A program made the translations under genes and the position numbers. Shown piece by piece: positions 1 to 10,061 of a stretch of 64,000 nucleotides of DNA; position 1 is the first letter of the stretch, and each line of letters begins with the position of its first letter. Location: NCBI RefSeq assembly GCF_045037415.1, contig NZ_CP173440.1; one strand, 5' to 3'. This DNA comes from Escherichia coli. GTDB taxonomy: Bacteria > Pseudomonadota > Gammaproteobacteria > Enterobacterales > Enterobacteriaceae. Below the pieces are notes generated by a model that made no database searches, was not told where the DNA came from, and was given only the letters and a program-made list of their open reading frames with translations.

Positions 1-1
1 A

Positions 2-1873
2 GGCGATGAAGCACCTCCGGAGAAGTTTTCACCCGAACGTGGAGAGGGGCTGAAATACCATCTGAATTTACTGCGACCGCCACGGAAAGTCAGAGAGCCT
101 GCACTGACCTGGACTGAGGCTGTCACACGTTTTGAACAGGCACAGGCGGTGGAGGAAGCCGAGCGTCAGCAACTGGTCGCCAGTTCAGGGCTAACGCATA
201 AAATTGAGTGGCTCGAAGAACAACGAAGAGTGTGGGAAGAAAGGAAGCAAACCGCAACGCTTCAGATTGAGGAATGCCGGAACGCGCTACAGGCGCTCTC
301 TGACAGACTCGCCGCGATGGAAATGACCCTGACCCTGTCCAGTGGAGATCGGGACGAACTCGATCAGCGCATCCACCAGCATGAAAAAAATAAACCCGGC
401 CTTCTGGCTAATCTCTTTTCGCTGGGGAGGATATCGAAGGCATGGTGGGATCGTTATCAACGGCTGACAGACGAATCAGATTCTTTGCGGGCGACGTTGA
501 CTCAGCAACGGCAGGAACTGCAGCTGGCGCAATCAGAAAAACATAATGCAGACAATGAACTCAGGAGCCTTGAGCGTGAGCTCACTCAGGTGATCAGCAA
601 CGGTCAGGCGGTCTGTAAAGAGCAGGAACAGAATAATACCTTGCTGAAGCAGGCTATATCCGATCTGGGAGCCTCCTGGCCGGAGCGGACTGCAACAGAT
701 GAACGAAGGGAGTTGTCAGCACCATGGCTTCATGAGCGCTGGAGAAAGGCGAGGGAAGATGTGTTTATCGCAGCATTAGACGTTCACCGGGCGTTTATTG
801 AAAATAATCCTGTAAAAATGGCCGCTAATATAGGGCTTGCAATGGACTGGTTAAAAGGGCGAAAACTGACCGAAAAACAGGCGGGTCTGGCTCTCGACTC
901 CTTATCTCTGGTCGTCCCGGTTATATCAAGCACCTTTGCGTCCATGCCCCGGATGTTCAGGGATACAGGTCAGGAAGCGATAGGCTGGTTGCTGATTGAT
1001 GAAGCCGGACAGGCACAACCTCAGCATGCGATTGGGGCTATCTGGAGAGCAAAACGCACGGTTCTGGTAGGTGACCCAAAACAACTGGAGCCGGTCAGCG
1101 GTATTCCGTCCACTGTAGAGGGGGCGCTGGGAAAACATTATAAGATCCCGTCCTGCTGGTGGCCCGGAAAAGTCTCAGCACAGATACTGGCAGACCAGAC
1201 GATGAACGTTGGCCCCTATCTGCCCGACCCGGAGTCAGAACAGATTTGGGTGGGCTGTCCGTTACGGGTTCACCGGCGCTGTGATGACCCAATGTTCAGT
1301 ATCAGTAACCATATTGCCTATGACGGGCTCATGGTCCACGGGAAAAAGCCGGGCCTGGTGGATTTCCCTGAAAGCGGATGGCTGGATGTGAAAGGGAGGA
1401 CATGCGAGGGAAACTGGGTAGTGGAGGAAGGGGCGGCAGTGGAAAAGTTACTTTTGGCGTTGCGTCACCAGTATTCACTCACACCTGACGACGTGTTTCT
1501 GATCTCGCCATTCAAGGACTGCGCTAAGCAGCTTAACCGGATCGCAAAGAGGCTGGGATTCAGGATGGACAGAACGGGGACCGTACATAAAACACAGGGC
1601 AAGGAAGCTACTGTGGTTATCCTCGTGCTGGGAGGCAACATAAAAAGTCAGGGGGCGAAAGCCTGGGCGGCGGAAAAACCCAATCTTCTGAACGTCGCGG
1701 TAAGCAGGGCGAAACAACGCATTTATGTCATCGGCGAGCGTGCATTATGGGAGAAGCAACCTTACTTTTCCACGCTGTCCCGGGCACTGGGAAGGCTGGA
1801 TGTGCCGGTGAGCAACAGCAACCCGCGTGCGATGTCATATATGGAAGAGTACTTAACCACTGAATGGCGCTGA
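2..1873 (+). CDS. SF1 (UvrD/Upf1-like) helicase-family protein, C-terminal part; 5' end lies outside the window
   Basis: Reading frame is open from nt 2 to the stop at 1873 (listed ORF 149..1873 is only the first in-window ATG). Motifs LIDEAGQ, VLVGDPKQL, TVHKTQGKE, NVAVSRAKQ match the SF1 helicase C-terminal core; coiled-coil-like region precedes it. Confidence 0.6.
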   Translation, partial: GDEAPPEKFSPERGEGLKYHLNLLRPPRKVREPALTWTEAVTRFEQAQAVEEAERQQLVASSGLTHKIEWLEEQRRVWEERKQTATLQIEECRNALQALSDRLAAMEMTLTLSSGDRDELDQRIHQHEKNKPGLLANLFSLGRISKAWWDRYQRLTDESDSLRATLTQQRQELQLAQSEKHNADNELRSLERELTQVISNGQAVCKEQEQNNTLLKQAISDLGASWPERTATDERRELSAPWLHERWRKAREDVFIAALDVHRAFIENNPVKMAANIGLAMDWLKGRKLTEKQAGLALDSLSLVVPVISSTFASMPRMFRDTGQEAIGWLLIDEAGQAQPQHAIGAIWRAKRTVLVGDPKQLEPVSGIPSTVEGALGKHYKIPSCWWPGKVSAQILADQTMNVGPYLPDPESEQIWVGCPLRVHRRCDDPMFSISNHIAYDGLMVHGKKPGLVDFPESGWLDVKGRTCEGNWVVEEGAAVEKLLLALRHQYSLTPDDVFLISPFKDCAKQLNRIAKRLGFRMDRTGTVHKTQGKEATVVILVLGGNIKSQGAKAWAAEKPNLLNVAVSRAKQRIYVIGERALWEKQPYFSTLSRALGRLDVPVSNSNPRAMSYMEEYLTTEWR

Positions 1874-2140
1874 TAAGCGCCAGGTCTGCCAGCTGTCTAA
1901 TGCGGTATCGACCGCAATACCGGGTGACTATGACATGCCTGAGGGATGATAATCAGTCGGATATCTGCCTCTAATCTTTTCCTGATATTCCCTGCCGGAC
2001 CATCAGCGTATGCAGGTGAGGCAGGGAGGTCTTCCCTCTGGTTTAGCAAGTTACTCATAAACGCTCGCCGACTTGTGAACTGGACACCAAAAGTTGGACC
2101 CTCACCAGGGCAACCAGCGAAGGTGCAGTAAAAGTTACTT

Positions 2141-2755
2141 TTATCTATAGGATTGCCAGGATTGCTGATGAGAGTTGTTAGCGAGCTTACCTGTTACCTC
2201 GGGAGGATTCTGCTTTACACGATCAAGACCGGTCCATGCATTGAGCTGCATCATTTTGCCGTTACGCTGCAGACGCCGGTTATAACGTTCCATAAATTTG
2301 AAAATATAGTTGGCTCTTACGCGAGGCGTTTTACTGTTGTAGTCAGCAATACCTTCAAACACGTTCCCTTTACGGTCAATAATTTTCCGGTGCAGCCACC
2401 ATGTCCCAACCCAAAAAGAAGCACAGGCGTCATAAGCGAGCTCACGCCAGGTAATTGCGGGGAAGTGGGATTTCACCTCAGCCAGATTTGATGAGTTAAT
2501 CTGCATTGGGCCAATATCCCATGTGCCATTGGTGTTAAGGACGAAAGAGCCAATCTTTCCACCTTCGTTATCAAAAAGAGTAAAGACAAGGTCACGGTCA
2601 ATCCCGAAGAAACGCGCGGCGTCAGTTAAACATTCGTTTTTAACCGTTTCGGGTACATTTTGGGGCTTCGGTCGATCCGGTGGGGGATTGAATGCTGCAT
2701 TTGCATTGACGGTTAAAGTGGCGAACAGCACCGCTCCAAAAAATAATCTAGTCAT
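2141..2755 (-). CDS. secreted lytic transglycosylase-like protein (SLT domain)
   Basis: Signal peptide MTRLFFGAVLFATLTVNANA and GPMQIN motif. Start is probably the ATG at 2753-2755, not the upstream TTG used by the ORF track. Confidence 0.55.
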   Translation of the reverse strand: MTRLFFGAVLFATLTVNANAAFNPPPDRPKPQNVPETVKNECLTDAARFFGIDRDLVFTLFDNEGGKIGSFVLNTNGTWDIGPMQINSSNLAEVKSHFPAITWRELAYDACASFWVGTWWLHRKIIDRKGNVFEGIADYNSKTPRVRANYIFKFMERYNRRLQRNGKMMQLNAWTGLDRVKQNPPEVTGKLANNSHQQSWQSYR

Positions 2756-2888
2756 TAACCAGCTCCTCAAAAGTAACTTTTACAGGTTACACGACAACAA
2801 AAAATTTTTTTTCCTATACCGGGGGGAAATGCCTCCTGGTCGGAAAAATATTTTTTTTTGTTTGATACAGTATTTAAGGAGGTAGGAC

Positions 2889-3617
2889 ATGATTAAACCC
2901 ATTGCAGTTGCTCTGATATTGTTAACTCCATCGGCCTATGCTGATGTTGATTTACCTGCAGAATTAAAGGACAAAATTGAAGCCGTTGGTATCAACCCCG
3001 TCTCTGCAGAGAAATCTCCGGTAAGTGGTATTTACTCAGTCTTTTCAAAAGAAGGGACGAGTTACGTCACGTCTGACGGTGAATACATCTTCACCGGAAA
3101 TTTATTCAAAGTGAAAGGGACAGAAGTGGAAAACACCACGGACGAGTTTATCAGTAAAGGGATGCGATCCTATATTGAGAAGCTCGATACTATCACCTAC
3201 AAAGCACCAGATGAGAAATATGTCATCGGTGTTTTTACTGATATCACCTGTGGCTTTTGCCAGAAACTACATAGCGACCTGCAATCCTATCTGGATAAAG
3301 GCATCACTATTAAATTCATCGCATACCCACGTGCCGGGATGAACTCCATGATAGCCCGAAACATGGCATCTGTCTGGTGTGCAGATGACAAACCTGCAGC
3401 TTTAACCAGAGCAATGAAAGGGGATGGTTTGCCTGAAAAGCAACCGACAAAGACCTGCATGGACTCCATTCAGAGCCAATTTAATGCAGGGAACATGTTC
3501 AAACTCTCAGGCACGCCTAGCGGTTTAAGCCTGAAAGGTGAGCCGATGGTATTTGCGGGGTTACGTGACCCTGACCAGATGCTGAACAGCCTGAAAACGG
3601 CCAATCAGAAAAAATAA
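2889..3617 (+). CDS. DsbC-like periplasmic thiol:disulfide isomerase
   Basis: Signal peptide, CGFC thioredoxin-type active site, AAGGAGG ribosome-binding site 7 nt upstream of the ATG. Confidence 0.6.
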   Translation: MIKPIAVALILLTPSAYADVDLPAELKDKIEAVGINPVSAEKSPVSGIYSVFSKEGTSYVTSDGEYIFTGNLFKVKGTEVENTTDEFISKGMRSYIEKLDTITYKAPDEKYVIGVFTDITCGFCQKLHSDLQSYLDKGITIKFIAYPRAGMNSMIARNMASVWCADDKPAALTRAMKGDGLPEKQPTKTCMDSIQSQFNAGNMFKLSGTPSGLSLKGEPMVFAGLRDPDQMLNSLKTANQKK

Positions 3618-3633
3618 CTCTCCGGGAGCAACA

Positions 3634-3945
3634 ATGAAGAAATTAATTGCAGTGGCAGCGGTAGTGGTTGTTTCATTTGCCGCCCAATCCAGCGTTTGCG
3701 GGCCAGTTGCGTGCAAAGTTACTTTCGTCGATGTCGACGGCTCGCAAAAGCCGATCATGCTTCTCGATGACAAAGTTTCAACGCGGAAGAGCTCAATGAA
3801 CCGTGTATTTGATGATGTGTACTCGCACGGCCGTAAGGTCCAGACTGACCTGAAATCAACCACTCCAGCTGCCGGGCATCCTGATAAATCATCACCCGTG
3901 CAAATGAGCAGGGAATTAAGTCCTGTGGTCATCTACAGCGCATAA
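3634..3945 (+). CDS. small secreted protein, unknown function
   Basis: N-terminal signal peptide MKKLIAVAAVVVVSFAAQS; 17-bp gap after the upstream gene. Confidence 0.4.
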   Translation: MKKLIAVAAVVVVSFAAQSSVCGPVACKVTFVDVDGSQKPIMLLDDKVSTRKSSMNRVFDDVYSHGRKVQTDLKSTTPAAGHPDKSSPVQMSRELSPVVIYSA

Positions 3946-3958
3946 AACGGAGTCTCTC

Positions 3959-4300
3959 ATGGGATTAATCAGAACAGTGGTATACGTGGGTATCATTGGA
4001 GGCATCTTTGCCTATACACAAACAAAAGATAGCCTTGAAAATATTTCGGTTCCGGATGCGGAGTTTCCATCGTCAATCTCCAGGAATAACTTTATACAAT
4101 CGACATGGGTGAACGAGCATTACACTTCACTGAAGAATGGCCCGATTGCTGACGGTATATCCAGTATTCTGGATGATGCTCAGGATATCAGGGGGTCTGT
4201 CAATAATGTTGTCATGACGGCCGGTAATGTCGATATCCAGAAGGCTATTCAGGATGCAGTGGATGAACTAGACAGCAATAGCCGTAAATCCAGTAAGTAA
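3959..4300 (+). CDS. hypothetical protein with N-terminal transmembrane helix
   Basis: ORF in an operon-like array with the Dsb genes; hydrophobic N-terminus. Confidence 0.35.
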   Translation: MGLIRTVVYVGIIGGIFAYTQTKDSLENISVPDAEFPSSISRNNFIQSTWVNEHYTSLKNGPIADGISSILDDAQDIRGSVNNVVMTAGNVDIQKAIQDAVDELDSNSRKSSK

Positions 4301-4359
4301 AATGGCTCTCAGAACCATCAGATACGCCTGTTTAAAATAAAATAACTCAGAGATAAATC

Positions 4360-5316
4360 ATGGAAAATAAACAAAGCACTAAAAAACAAACTCTGATTCA
4401 CATCGCCTTGGTAGTAGGTGGTTTTGTTGCTGGTTCGGTAATTTGGGGGAATGGCAGTAATATTATGAACTCAAATGACTCGGCTAATGAGTCTGTCAAA
4501 AAACAGCAAATCGAACTGGCAAATAGATTCAATGCATTAGCTCAAACAGCGAACCAGGTAAATAAGCCAGCCGGTTTAGTCCTGACTGAGCAGGACAAGG
4601 AACTTATTGGAAAAACTGCGGCACAGTATTTGATCGAACATCCAGAGAACCTGGTGGAAGCTGGTAAGCGCCTTGAAGCCAACCGAGATGGTGAAAAAAC
4701 CTCAGACGTTGTGAATACAAAAGACGTATTGCTTGAAACAAAATTCACGCCAAACTACGGCCCAGATAACGCAGATGTAGCTGTTATTGAATTTTTCGAT
4801 TACATGTGTCATTTCTGTCAGCAGTCCAGTCCCGTGCTTGAAAAGGCGATTGCAGAAAATAAAAATGTTCGGACTTTCTTTAAAGACTTCACCATTTTTG
4901 CTGACCGCACACCTATCTCCGGGATGGGGGCAAAAATTGGTCTCTACATCTTTAATAAGTACGGGCAGGAAAAATACTACGAGTTCCATAATAAGCTCAT
5001 GAGTGAAGCGGGTAGGGCAATGAAGGACAGGAAGGACTATACACCTTCTAATCTGGCGGCCCTGGTCAATGGTTTAGGATATAAAGAAATACTGGATCAG
5101 CAAGGTAACTTCTTGCTTACTGTCGAAATGCGCGATCAGCTTCAGAATGTTCTTGATGCAAATATGATGCTGGCGGATAAACTCAATTATAGCGGCACGC
5201 CAGTGTTTATTGTTATGAACATGAAGAACCCGCAAAACAAAACCACAACCATTATGCCCGGTGCGCCTGATTTTTATCGCTTGCAACAGGCAATTGATAA
5301 GGCAAAAGGGAACTAA
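4360..5316 (+). CDS. membrane-anchored thioredoxin-fold thiol-disulfide oxidoreductase (DsbA/DsbG-like)
   Basis: N-terminal TM helix; CHFC (CxxC) motif in the sequence FFDYMCHFCQ. Confidence 0.5.
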   Translation: MENKQSTKKQTLIHIALVVGGFVAGSVIWGNGSNIMNSNDSANESVKKQQIELANRFNALAQTANQVNKPAGLVLTEQDKELIGKTAAQYLIEHPENLVEAGKRLEANRDGEKTSDVVNTKDVLLETKFTPNYGPDNADVAVIEFFDYMCHFCQQSSPVLEKAIAENKNVRTFFKDFTIFADRTPISGMGAKIGLYIFNKYGQEKYYEFHNKLMSEAGRAMKDRKDYTPSNLAALVNGLGYKEILDQQGNFLLTVEMRDQLQNVLDANMMLADKLNYSGTPVFIVMNMKNPQNKTTTIMPGAPDFYRLQQAIDKAKGN

Positions 5317-5413
5317 ACATAGCCCTCCCTTACATAGAAATATAAGCGGAGTGTTTAATTCATTGGCAAAATTCTAGGAGTATGTATGTCGGAGGCTTTC
5401 TTGACAGTTTTCG

Positions 5414-6502
5414 TTGGTGGCGTCGTTTTTGCTGACGTTGTTAGTGTTTAGCGTCATACGAGTACGTAAATGGAAATGCGTCAAAGAAACACTAGCTATA
5501 GTATCTTTTGTATACTTACTTAACTTTATAAAAGGTTACCTGAAAATGAACACCAATGTACATCATGTCCAAGAAAATTTTTATATATCATTGCAGGATT
5601 GTATAAATAAAGAAGAGAAAACAAAAAAAACATGCATTGAGTACTGGCGACGTGAAGCTGAGAGGGCGAAGGAAGAAAGCGCAAGACGTAGAGCACTGTC
5701 TATAAAGATAATTACCGAAAAAAGCATGATTCTTGAAACGTTATTTCTAAATATACAAAAAACAAATGCGCTCAAAGAACAGTATGAAAGAAACCTGATA
5801 GCTAAATGGGGTGGCGTTATTGATGACGATAAGACAAAGGATTATGGTATATTCCTCCCTAGTTTGGAACATTTATCTGCTTATGTATCATGTGCAAAGA
5901 ACGATGAATATAGCAGGGAAGTGCTTTATAACAGACCCGAATTATCAAGGGGTATCAAGTATGACAATAGTTATTACTGCCCGCAGGAAAAAAAATTCAT
6001 CTATATGAGGAATGACAAATTTCGTCCAGATCTTGAACTTCTGACAAATCCTCCTTATCCTGATTTTTGTAAGAATTTACTTTACTTTTATGTCAGGTCA
6101 TTTTCGCTGCATCTCAAAAAAGGAGAGCCTGGGAAACCATTGGAGATAGGTATTCGCAATTCAGTGAGCAAAAACACTTATGAAGACTTGTGTATAGGTC
6201 TGGAAATACTTATGCCATACATGTGCAAAACTGAAAGCGGCAAAGTGATTATTAATGATGAAGGATACTTATCATGTGATAGCTATTATAGAAGCATACT
6301 GGTTAACCCGAAAACAGGGGGGGCTGAGTTAGTTATATACAGAAAGGGGCGCTTTGACCATCGACAGAAACCGAATACACGAGAACCTCGTAAGTGGTTG
6401 AATGAAGATATAATAATTAAAGAATTTCCTAACATACGAATTGTTTTTCTATATATCATATCGTGTCGGTATCAGCAGCACTTCAAAAACAGGGATATAT
6501 AG
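5414..6502 (+). CDS. hypothetical protein
   Basis: Long ORF in low-GC DNA; start uncertain (in-frame ATGs at 5414 and 5546). No recognisable motif. Confidence 0.3.
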   Translation: MVASFLLTLLVFSVIRVRKWKCVKETLAIVSFVYLLNFIKGYLKMNTNVHHVQENFYISLQDCINKEEKTKKTCIEYWRREAERAKEESARRRALSIKIITEKSMILETLFLNIQKTNALKEQYERNLIAKWGGVIDDDKTKDYGIFLPSLEHLSAYVSCAKNDEYSREVLYNRPELSRGIKYDNSYYCPQEKKFIYMRNDKFRPDLELLTNPPYPDFCKNLLYFYVRSFSLHLKKGEPGKPLEIGIRNSVSKNTYEDLCIGLEILMPYMCKTESGKVIINDEGYLSCDSYYRSILVNPKTGGAELVIYRKGRFDHRQKPNTREPRKWLNEDIIIKEFPNIRIVFLYIISCRYQQHFKNRDI

Positions 6503-6607
6503 TAAATGCCTCGTAAAACGTGACCCAGTGGGCATGGAGATAATGAGGTTAATAATAAATGAATTTTACATTTGAACGATGTAAATTTCACTAAACATTA
6601 AATATTT

Positions 6608-7135
6608 ATGGCGGTTTCTATGTTCGAACATAACATTGCTTTTAACGGCATGATGATTGTGATTGTTATCTTATCTTATCTGCTATTTAAAAGTCTTAAG
6701 TCAAAGAAAAGGCTTCAGCATAAGTATGATGAGGTGTTTAAGGCTTTTCATATTGCGAATTCAGAGTACACCGGCGGCCTAAAAGAAGTTTACAAAAACT
6801 TATCTTTAAGCAATGCTCAGTTGCAGTTCCTTGCTGTTTACTTAAATCAAGACACTGTCCAGTTTGATGGCAGAAATATTGTGTGCGAAAAAGAGGATGA
6901 TGTTCAGTATATTCTTTCACTTATATCAGACAGCCATTTTTGGTTGGACAAATCCATGAAAGGAATAAATGAAGTGGTAAATAATACGGACGTAATAAAA
7001 GATATTAAATTATCTCTATCACCGTTCGCTTCGTTGGGTGAGCTGAATGTTATAGATGATGAGTTTAAACTGAAAAATAAAGAGTTTGATGGGTTTGCTA
7101 AACTTAAAGTTAAGTATGATGTAAAAAGGGGGTGA
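6608..7135 (+). CDS. hypothetical membrane-anchored protein
   Basis: ORF with N-terminal hydrophobic segment; stop overlaps the start of the next ORF. Confidence 0.35.
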   Translation: MAVSMFEHNIAFNGMMIVIVILSYLLFKSLKSKKRLQHKYDEVFKAFHIANSEYTGGLKEVYKNLSLSNAQLQFLAVYLNQDTVQFDGRNIVCEKEDDVQYILSLISDSHFWLDKSMKGINEVVNNTDVIKDIKLSLSPFASLGELNVIDDEFKLKNKEFDGFAKLKVKYDVKRG

Positions 7136-7740
7136 AAATGGCAGGGGCATTGTTTTCACTTTCTGCTGGTGGGGTGATGTTTGCAACAGCTGTTGTTATT
7201 ATCATCTTTAGTGCTATGCTATATGACAGTATAGTTAAAAGACGTTCTAAAAATATTAACCCACCAGAGTTTACAGGATCACCTCAACTAGCATCTTGCA
7301 ATTGTTCAGGTGGTACTGTCCTGCTTTATCTTGATTTTGATGGAGTCCTCCATCGAAGGATGAATGAGACATTTGAAAGAATGCCTCTACTGGAAAAAAT
7401 TTTAAAACAATGTCCAGAATTACATATAGTCGTGTCCAGCAGTTGGAGGGAAACAATGACTTTAGAAGGGCTTAAATACCTTTTTCCAGTAGCATTCAGA
7501 CACAGAATAATAGGTGTTACACCTTCACTTCAGGAAGTAAAGGATACCGAATATGTTCGGTACAGAGAGTGCCTTTTACATGCCAGACATATGGGGGTCA
7601 ACAAGTTTATTATCATTGATGATGAATCACACCGTTTTCCACCTGGGTGCGAAAATCTGGTGTCAACGAATTACAGTGAGGGGATGACTGACCAAACAGT
7701 AGCATCTGTCATTATGAAATATTGTCAGTACTTAACATGA
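7132..7740 (+). CDS. membrane-anchored HAD-like hydrolase-family protein
   Basis: ATGA start/stop overlap with the upstream ORF; LYLDFDGVLH resembles HAD motif I (DxDG). Confidence 0.4.
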   Translation: MKMAGALFSLSAGGVMFATAVVIIIFSAMLYDSIVKRRSKNINPPEFTGSPQLASCNCSGGTVLLYLDFDGVLHRRMNETFERMPLLEKILKQCPELHIVVSSSWRETMTLEGLKYLFPVAFRHRIIGVTPSLQEVKDTEYVRYRECLLHARHMGVNKFIIIDDESHRFPPGCENLVSTNYSEGMTDQTVASVIMKYCQYLT

Positions 7741-8013
7741 AGGGATGAATTAAAATGTTAAATATAAGTTTTTTTTGTGGGCGATGAACAGAGAATTAAA
7801 GCCGGTTATTCAGGCAGGGCAGGAACAACCACCATGGATAATCGGCTCCCGGACATGTCCGGGCAAAGAAATCGTAGAACTAGCGCATGACAGTAAGGCG
7901 GGGTAATCGAGGCAATATCTCAACAGTACAAATGAAATAATGCGTTGCTGGGTGGGCACCGGCAGTCAGAGCCAGCGTTCTGCAGCTGCATCAAAGGCTA
8001 AGTGTACCTGCCA

Positions 8014-8670
8014 TTACTCCAGCTCATGAATCAGCATGCCAGCATGTTTAATGTTTAGAGTCGTCATGTTTGCATTAAGGTCTTTCATCATTCTGGTTCC
8101 GCCGCATCGCACATATTCTCTTAATCTTCCATTGTAGGCAGCGCTGGAAGCGATTTTAAGCTGCTTTATCGGACAGGGAAGATAAGCCACTCCTTTAACG
8201 AGATCGTCCTCAACAGCGTTCAGGTAAACGGGAGAGGCCGCAATGATAAAGATATCATGCCGGTACATACTAAACAGTTCCGCAAGGGAAGGGACTTTTC
8301 CAGGCAGTATGGGGTCAGAAGTCAGCATACCCCATATGCTGGCGCTCTTTCTTCCTATCTTTGTAAACGTAGCATCATAAGGGATCGCGGGGTCAGAACT
8401 GTGTCGTAGGCCCAGACCTGCAGAAATAACCCATAAACAGATATGAGAATTAGAGTTTGCAATAGACTTAGCTGTACTCCAGTGAGCACTACAGTATATG
8501 TTTTCCGTTTCCTTAATATCATCATTACATGTAGTGAATCGGGACTGCACAAGACTTTTCCATTGCTGATAGGCAATCTCAGTATCTGTCGTATGGTAGG
8601 GAAACACAGTGTCATGTACAGGTCCTGCTTTCTTTTTCGCGCATGTTGTAATGAGATGAATAGTCGACAT
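8014..8670 (-). CDS. hypothetical protein (gene 4 of a 4-gene minus-strand operon)
   Basis: Co-directional, tightly spaced ORF; no recognisable motif. Confidence 0.35.
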   Translation of the reverse strand: MSTIHLITTCAKKKAGPVHDTVFPYHTTDTEIAYQQWKSLVQSRFTTCNDDIKETENIYCSAHWSTAKSIANSNSHICLWVISAGLGLRHSSDPAIPYDATFTKIGRKSASIWGMLTSDPILPGKVPSLAELFSMYRHDIFIIAASPVYLNAVEDDLVKGVAYLPCPIKQLKIASSAAYNGRLREYVRCGGTRMMKDLNANMTTLNIKHAGMLIHELE

Positions 8671-8699
8671 TATTCAGAGCCTATAAAGAGTATTTATTA

Positions 8700-9140
8700 T
8701 CAATAAGGTAGTGTATTTAAAGATGGGTATACTGGATCATCTTCAGGCACCCAATAACCAGACCCGCACTCCCATTCTTCTCCAATGAATACGAACATTT
8801 GCCTGGCAAGATATCTCCTGAGTTCCTGAGAGATTACGCTCTCAATTTTTAACAGGTAACTCTTGTTCTTACAATGGGCTTTTAAGTGAGAAAGAAGTGT
8901 ACTGAAGCAGCCTTGATTAGTGATAAATACAGAAACTGATGAAACAACCAGAACAGGTTTACCCAGCAAAGATGCATGTTTGCTACGTGCACGTATATAC
9001 ATGTTTTCGAACAAGGCCAAGCCATCAACATGTCTGGATTTTACTGGTATAATACTTTTATTACTTTCATCCATTAGCCTTTCAAATGTATTGATTATAT
9101 TTGTAATATCAGCCTCTAATATTTTTTGATTAATTATCAT
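8700..9140 (-). CDS. hypothetical protein (gene 3 of operon)
   Basis: ORF 8700..9182; start moved to the internal ATG (MIINQK...) to limit overlap with the upstream gene. Confidence 0.3.
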   Translation of the reverse strand: MIINQKILEADITNIINTFERLMDESNKSIIPVKSRHVDGLALFENMYIRARSKHASLLGKPVLVVSSVSVFITNQGCFSTLLSHLKAHCKNKSYLLKIESVISQELRRYLARQMFVFIGEEWECGSGYWVPEDDPVYPSLNTLPY

Positions 9141-9639
9141 TGTACTCTGCAACCCCGGTGTTTGTAACATTCTTAACATCACTGATTAAACTAATATCTA
9201 CAGAATGTGCCAGTGTTGTTAGCTCGGTAAAGTTAATTTTTTCGTAATAACCATCACTGATTAAGTTTAATAAATTAAAGTCCAGGGCAGGTGGTGGGCA
9301 AATGCTTCCAGAAGTGTAAAGATACTCAAGCCCACGCGCATCAAATATGCCGTGAGGGGCACCCTCTGATAGTTTTCCACCTGAATATAACTCAACCCAT
9401 ATCCTGAGTCGGTAATCCAGAGTGAATTCACCTATCTCAATCCAGAAATGTGGATATAACTCAAAATACGTTTTGGGGTTTTTAACTACCCCGCACATTC
9501 GTTGATGAGAAATGCCTGCATGATTTAGAGCACTGCTTATCATTAATGTATGACCATCGCACTCAACGGGTGCATTCTCAATAGCCTGTAAGAGATTGTT
9601 TAACTTCACAAGACAATCGGGCATAAGGATATTGGCCAT
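9130..9639 (-). CDS. hypothetical protein (gene 2 of operon)
   Basis: ORF, 8-bp gap to the upstream gene. Confidence 0.35.
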   Translation of the reverse strand: MANILMPDCLVKLNNLLQAIENAPVECDGHTLMISSALNHAGISHQRMCGVVKNPKTYFELYPHFWIEIGEFTLDYRLRIWVELYSGGKLSEGAPHGIFDARGLEYLYTSGSICPPPALDFNLLNLISDGYYEKINFTELTTLAHSVDISLISDVKNVTNTGVAEYNDN

Positions 9640-9647
9640 ATAAATAC

Positions 9648-10061
9648 CTATTCCGGAATTTCTGAGAGGAATTCATTAAAGAGATTATCATCGTACAGTG
9701 GGTATAATTGCTTCATCATACCAAAACCGGACATAGCTGCACTTCGCAAGTCGGGATAAAAAGTAGGCTTAGTGATAAGATCGCATTCATTCTTCAGCAC
9801 ACCTTCGAAGCAGCCGTAATCTTCCCCAAACTCCTGAACTATCATCCAACGGCCATCCTTGCATTCAACTACCATAATAGCAGACTTGGGGTAGTCGCCA
9901 GCTGGGGTCAACCAATCAAAATGGTAGTGGGTGATAGTTTGATAACTCTTATGGACATTCATAGCATTAACCCTAATGCAAGACTTACAACGTGAGAGGT
10001 TAGTGTCTGATAAAGCACTGTATATATATGGGTCTTCCCTTGTTGTGGTGGCTGAAGGCAT
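9648..10061 (-). CDS. hypothetical protein (gene 1 of operon); 5' end runs into the ISL3 inverted repeat
   Basis: The first ~14 codons (…EDPYIYSAL…) are encoded by the 23-bp terminal inverted repeat of the adjacent ISL3 element, so the native 5' end is probably disrupted or replaced. Confidence 0.3.
   Translation of the reverse strand: MPSATTTREDPYIYSALSDTNLSRCKSCIRVNAMNVHKSYQTITHYHFDWLTPAGDYPKSAIMVVECKDGRWMIVQEFGEDYGCFEGVLKNECDLITKPTFYPDLRSAAMSGFGMMKQLYPLYDDNLFNEFLSEIPE

Noticed and set aside
926-1717. Several 60-80-aa ORFs overlapping the helicase gene on both strands
   Set aside because: They are nested inside a long conserved coding frame with recognisable helicase motifs; treated as six-frame noise. 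The same applies to similar small ORFs inside other confident genes (for example 2153..2491, 26245..26493, 42291..42848).
10017-10039. LexA-box-like CTGTATATATATGG in front of the ISL3 transposase gene
   Set aside because: The sequence is the ISL3 terminal inverted repeat and is mirrored at the other end of the element; it lacks the full CTGT-N8-ACAG symmetry.
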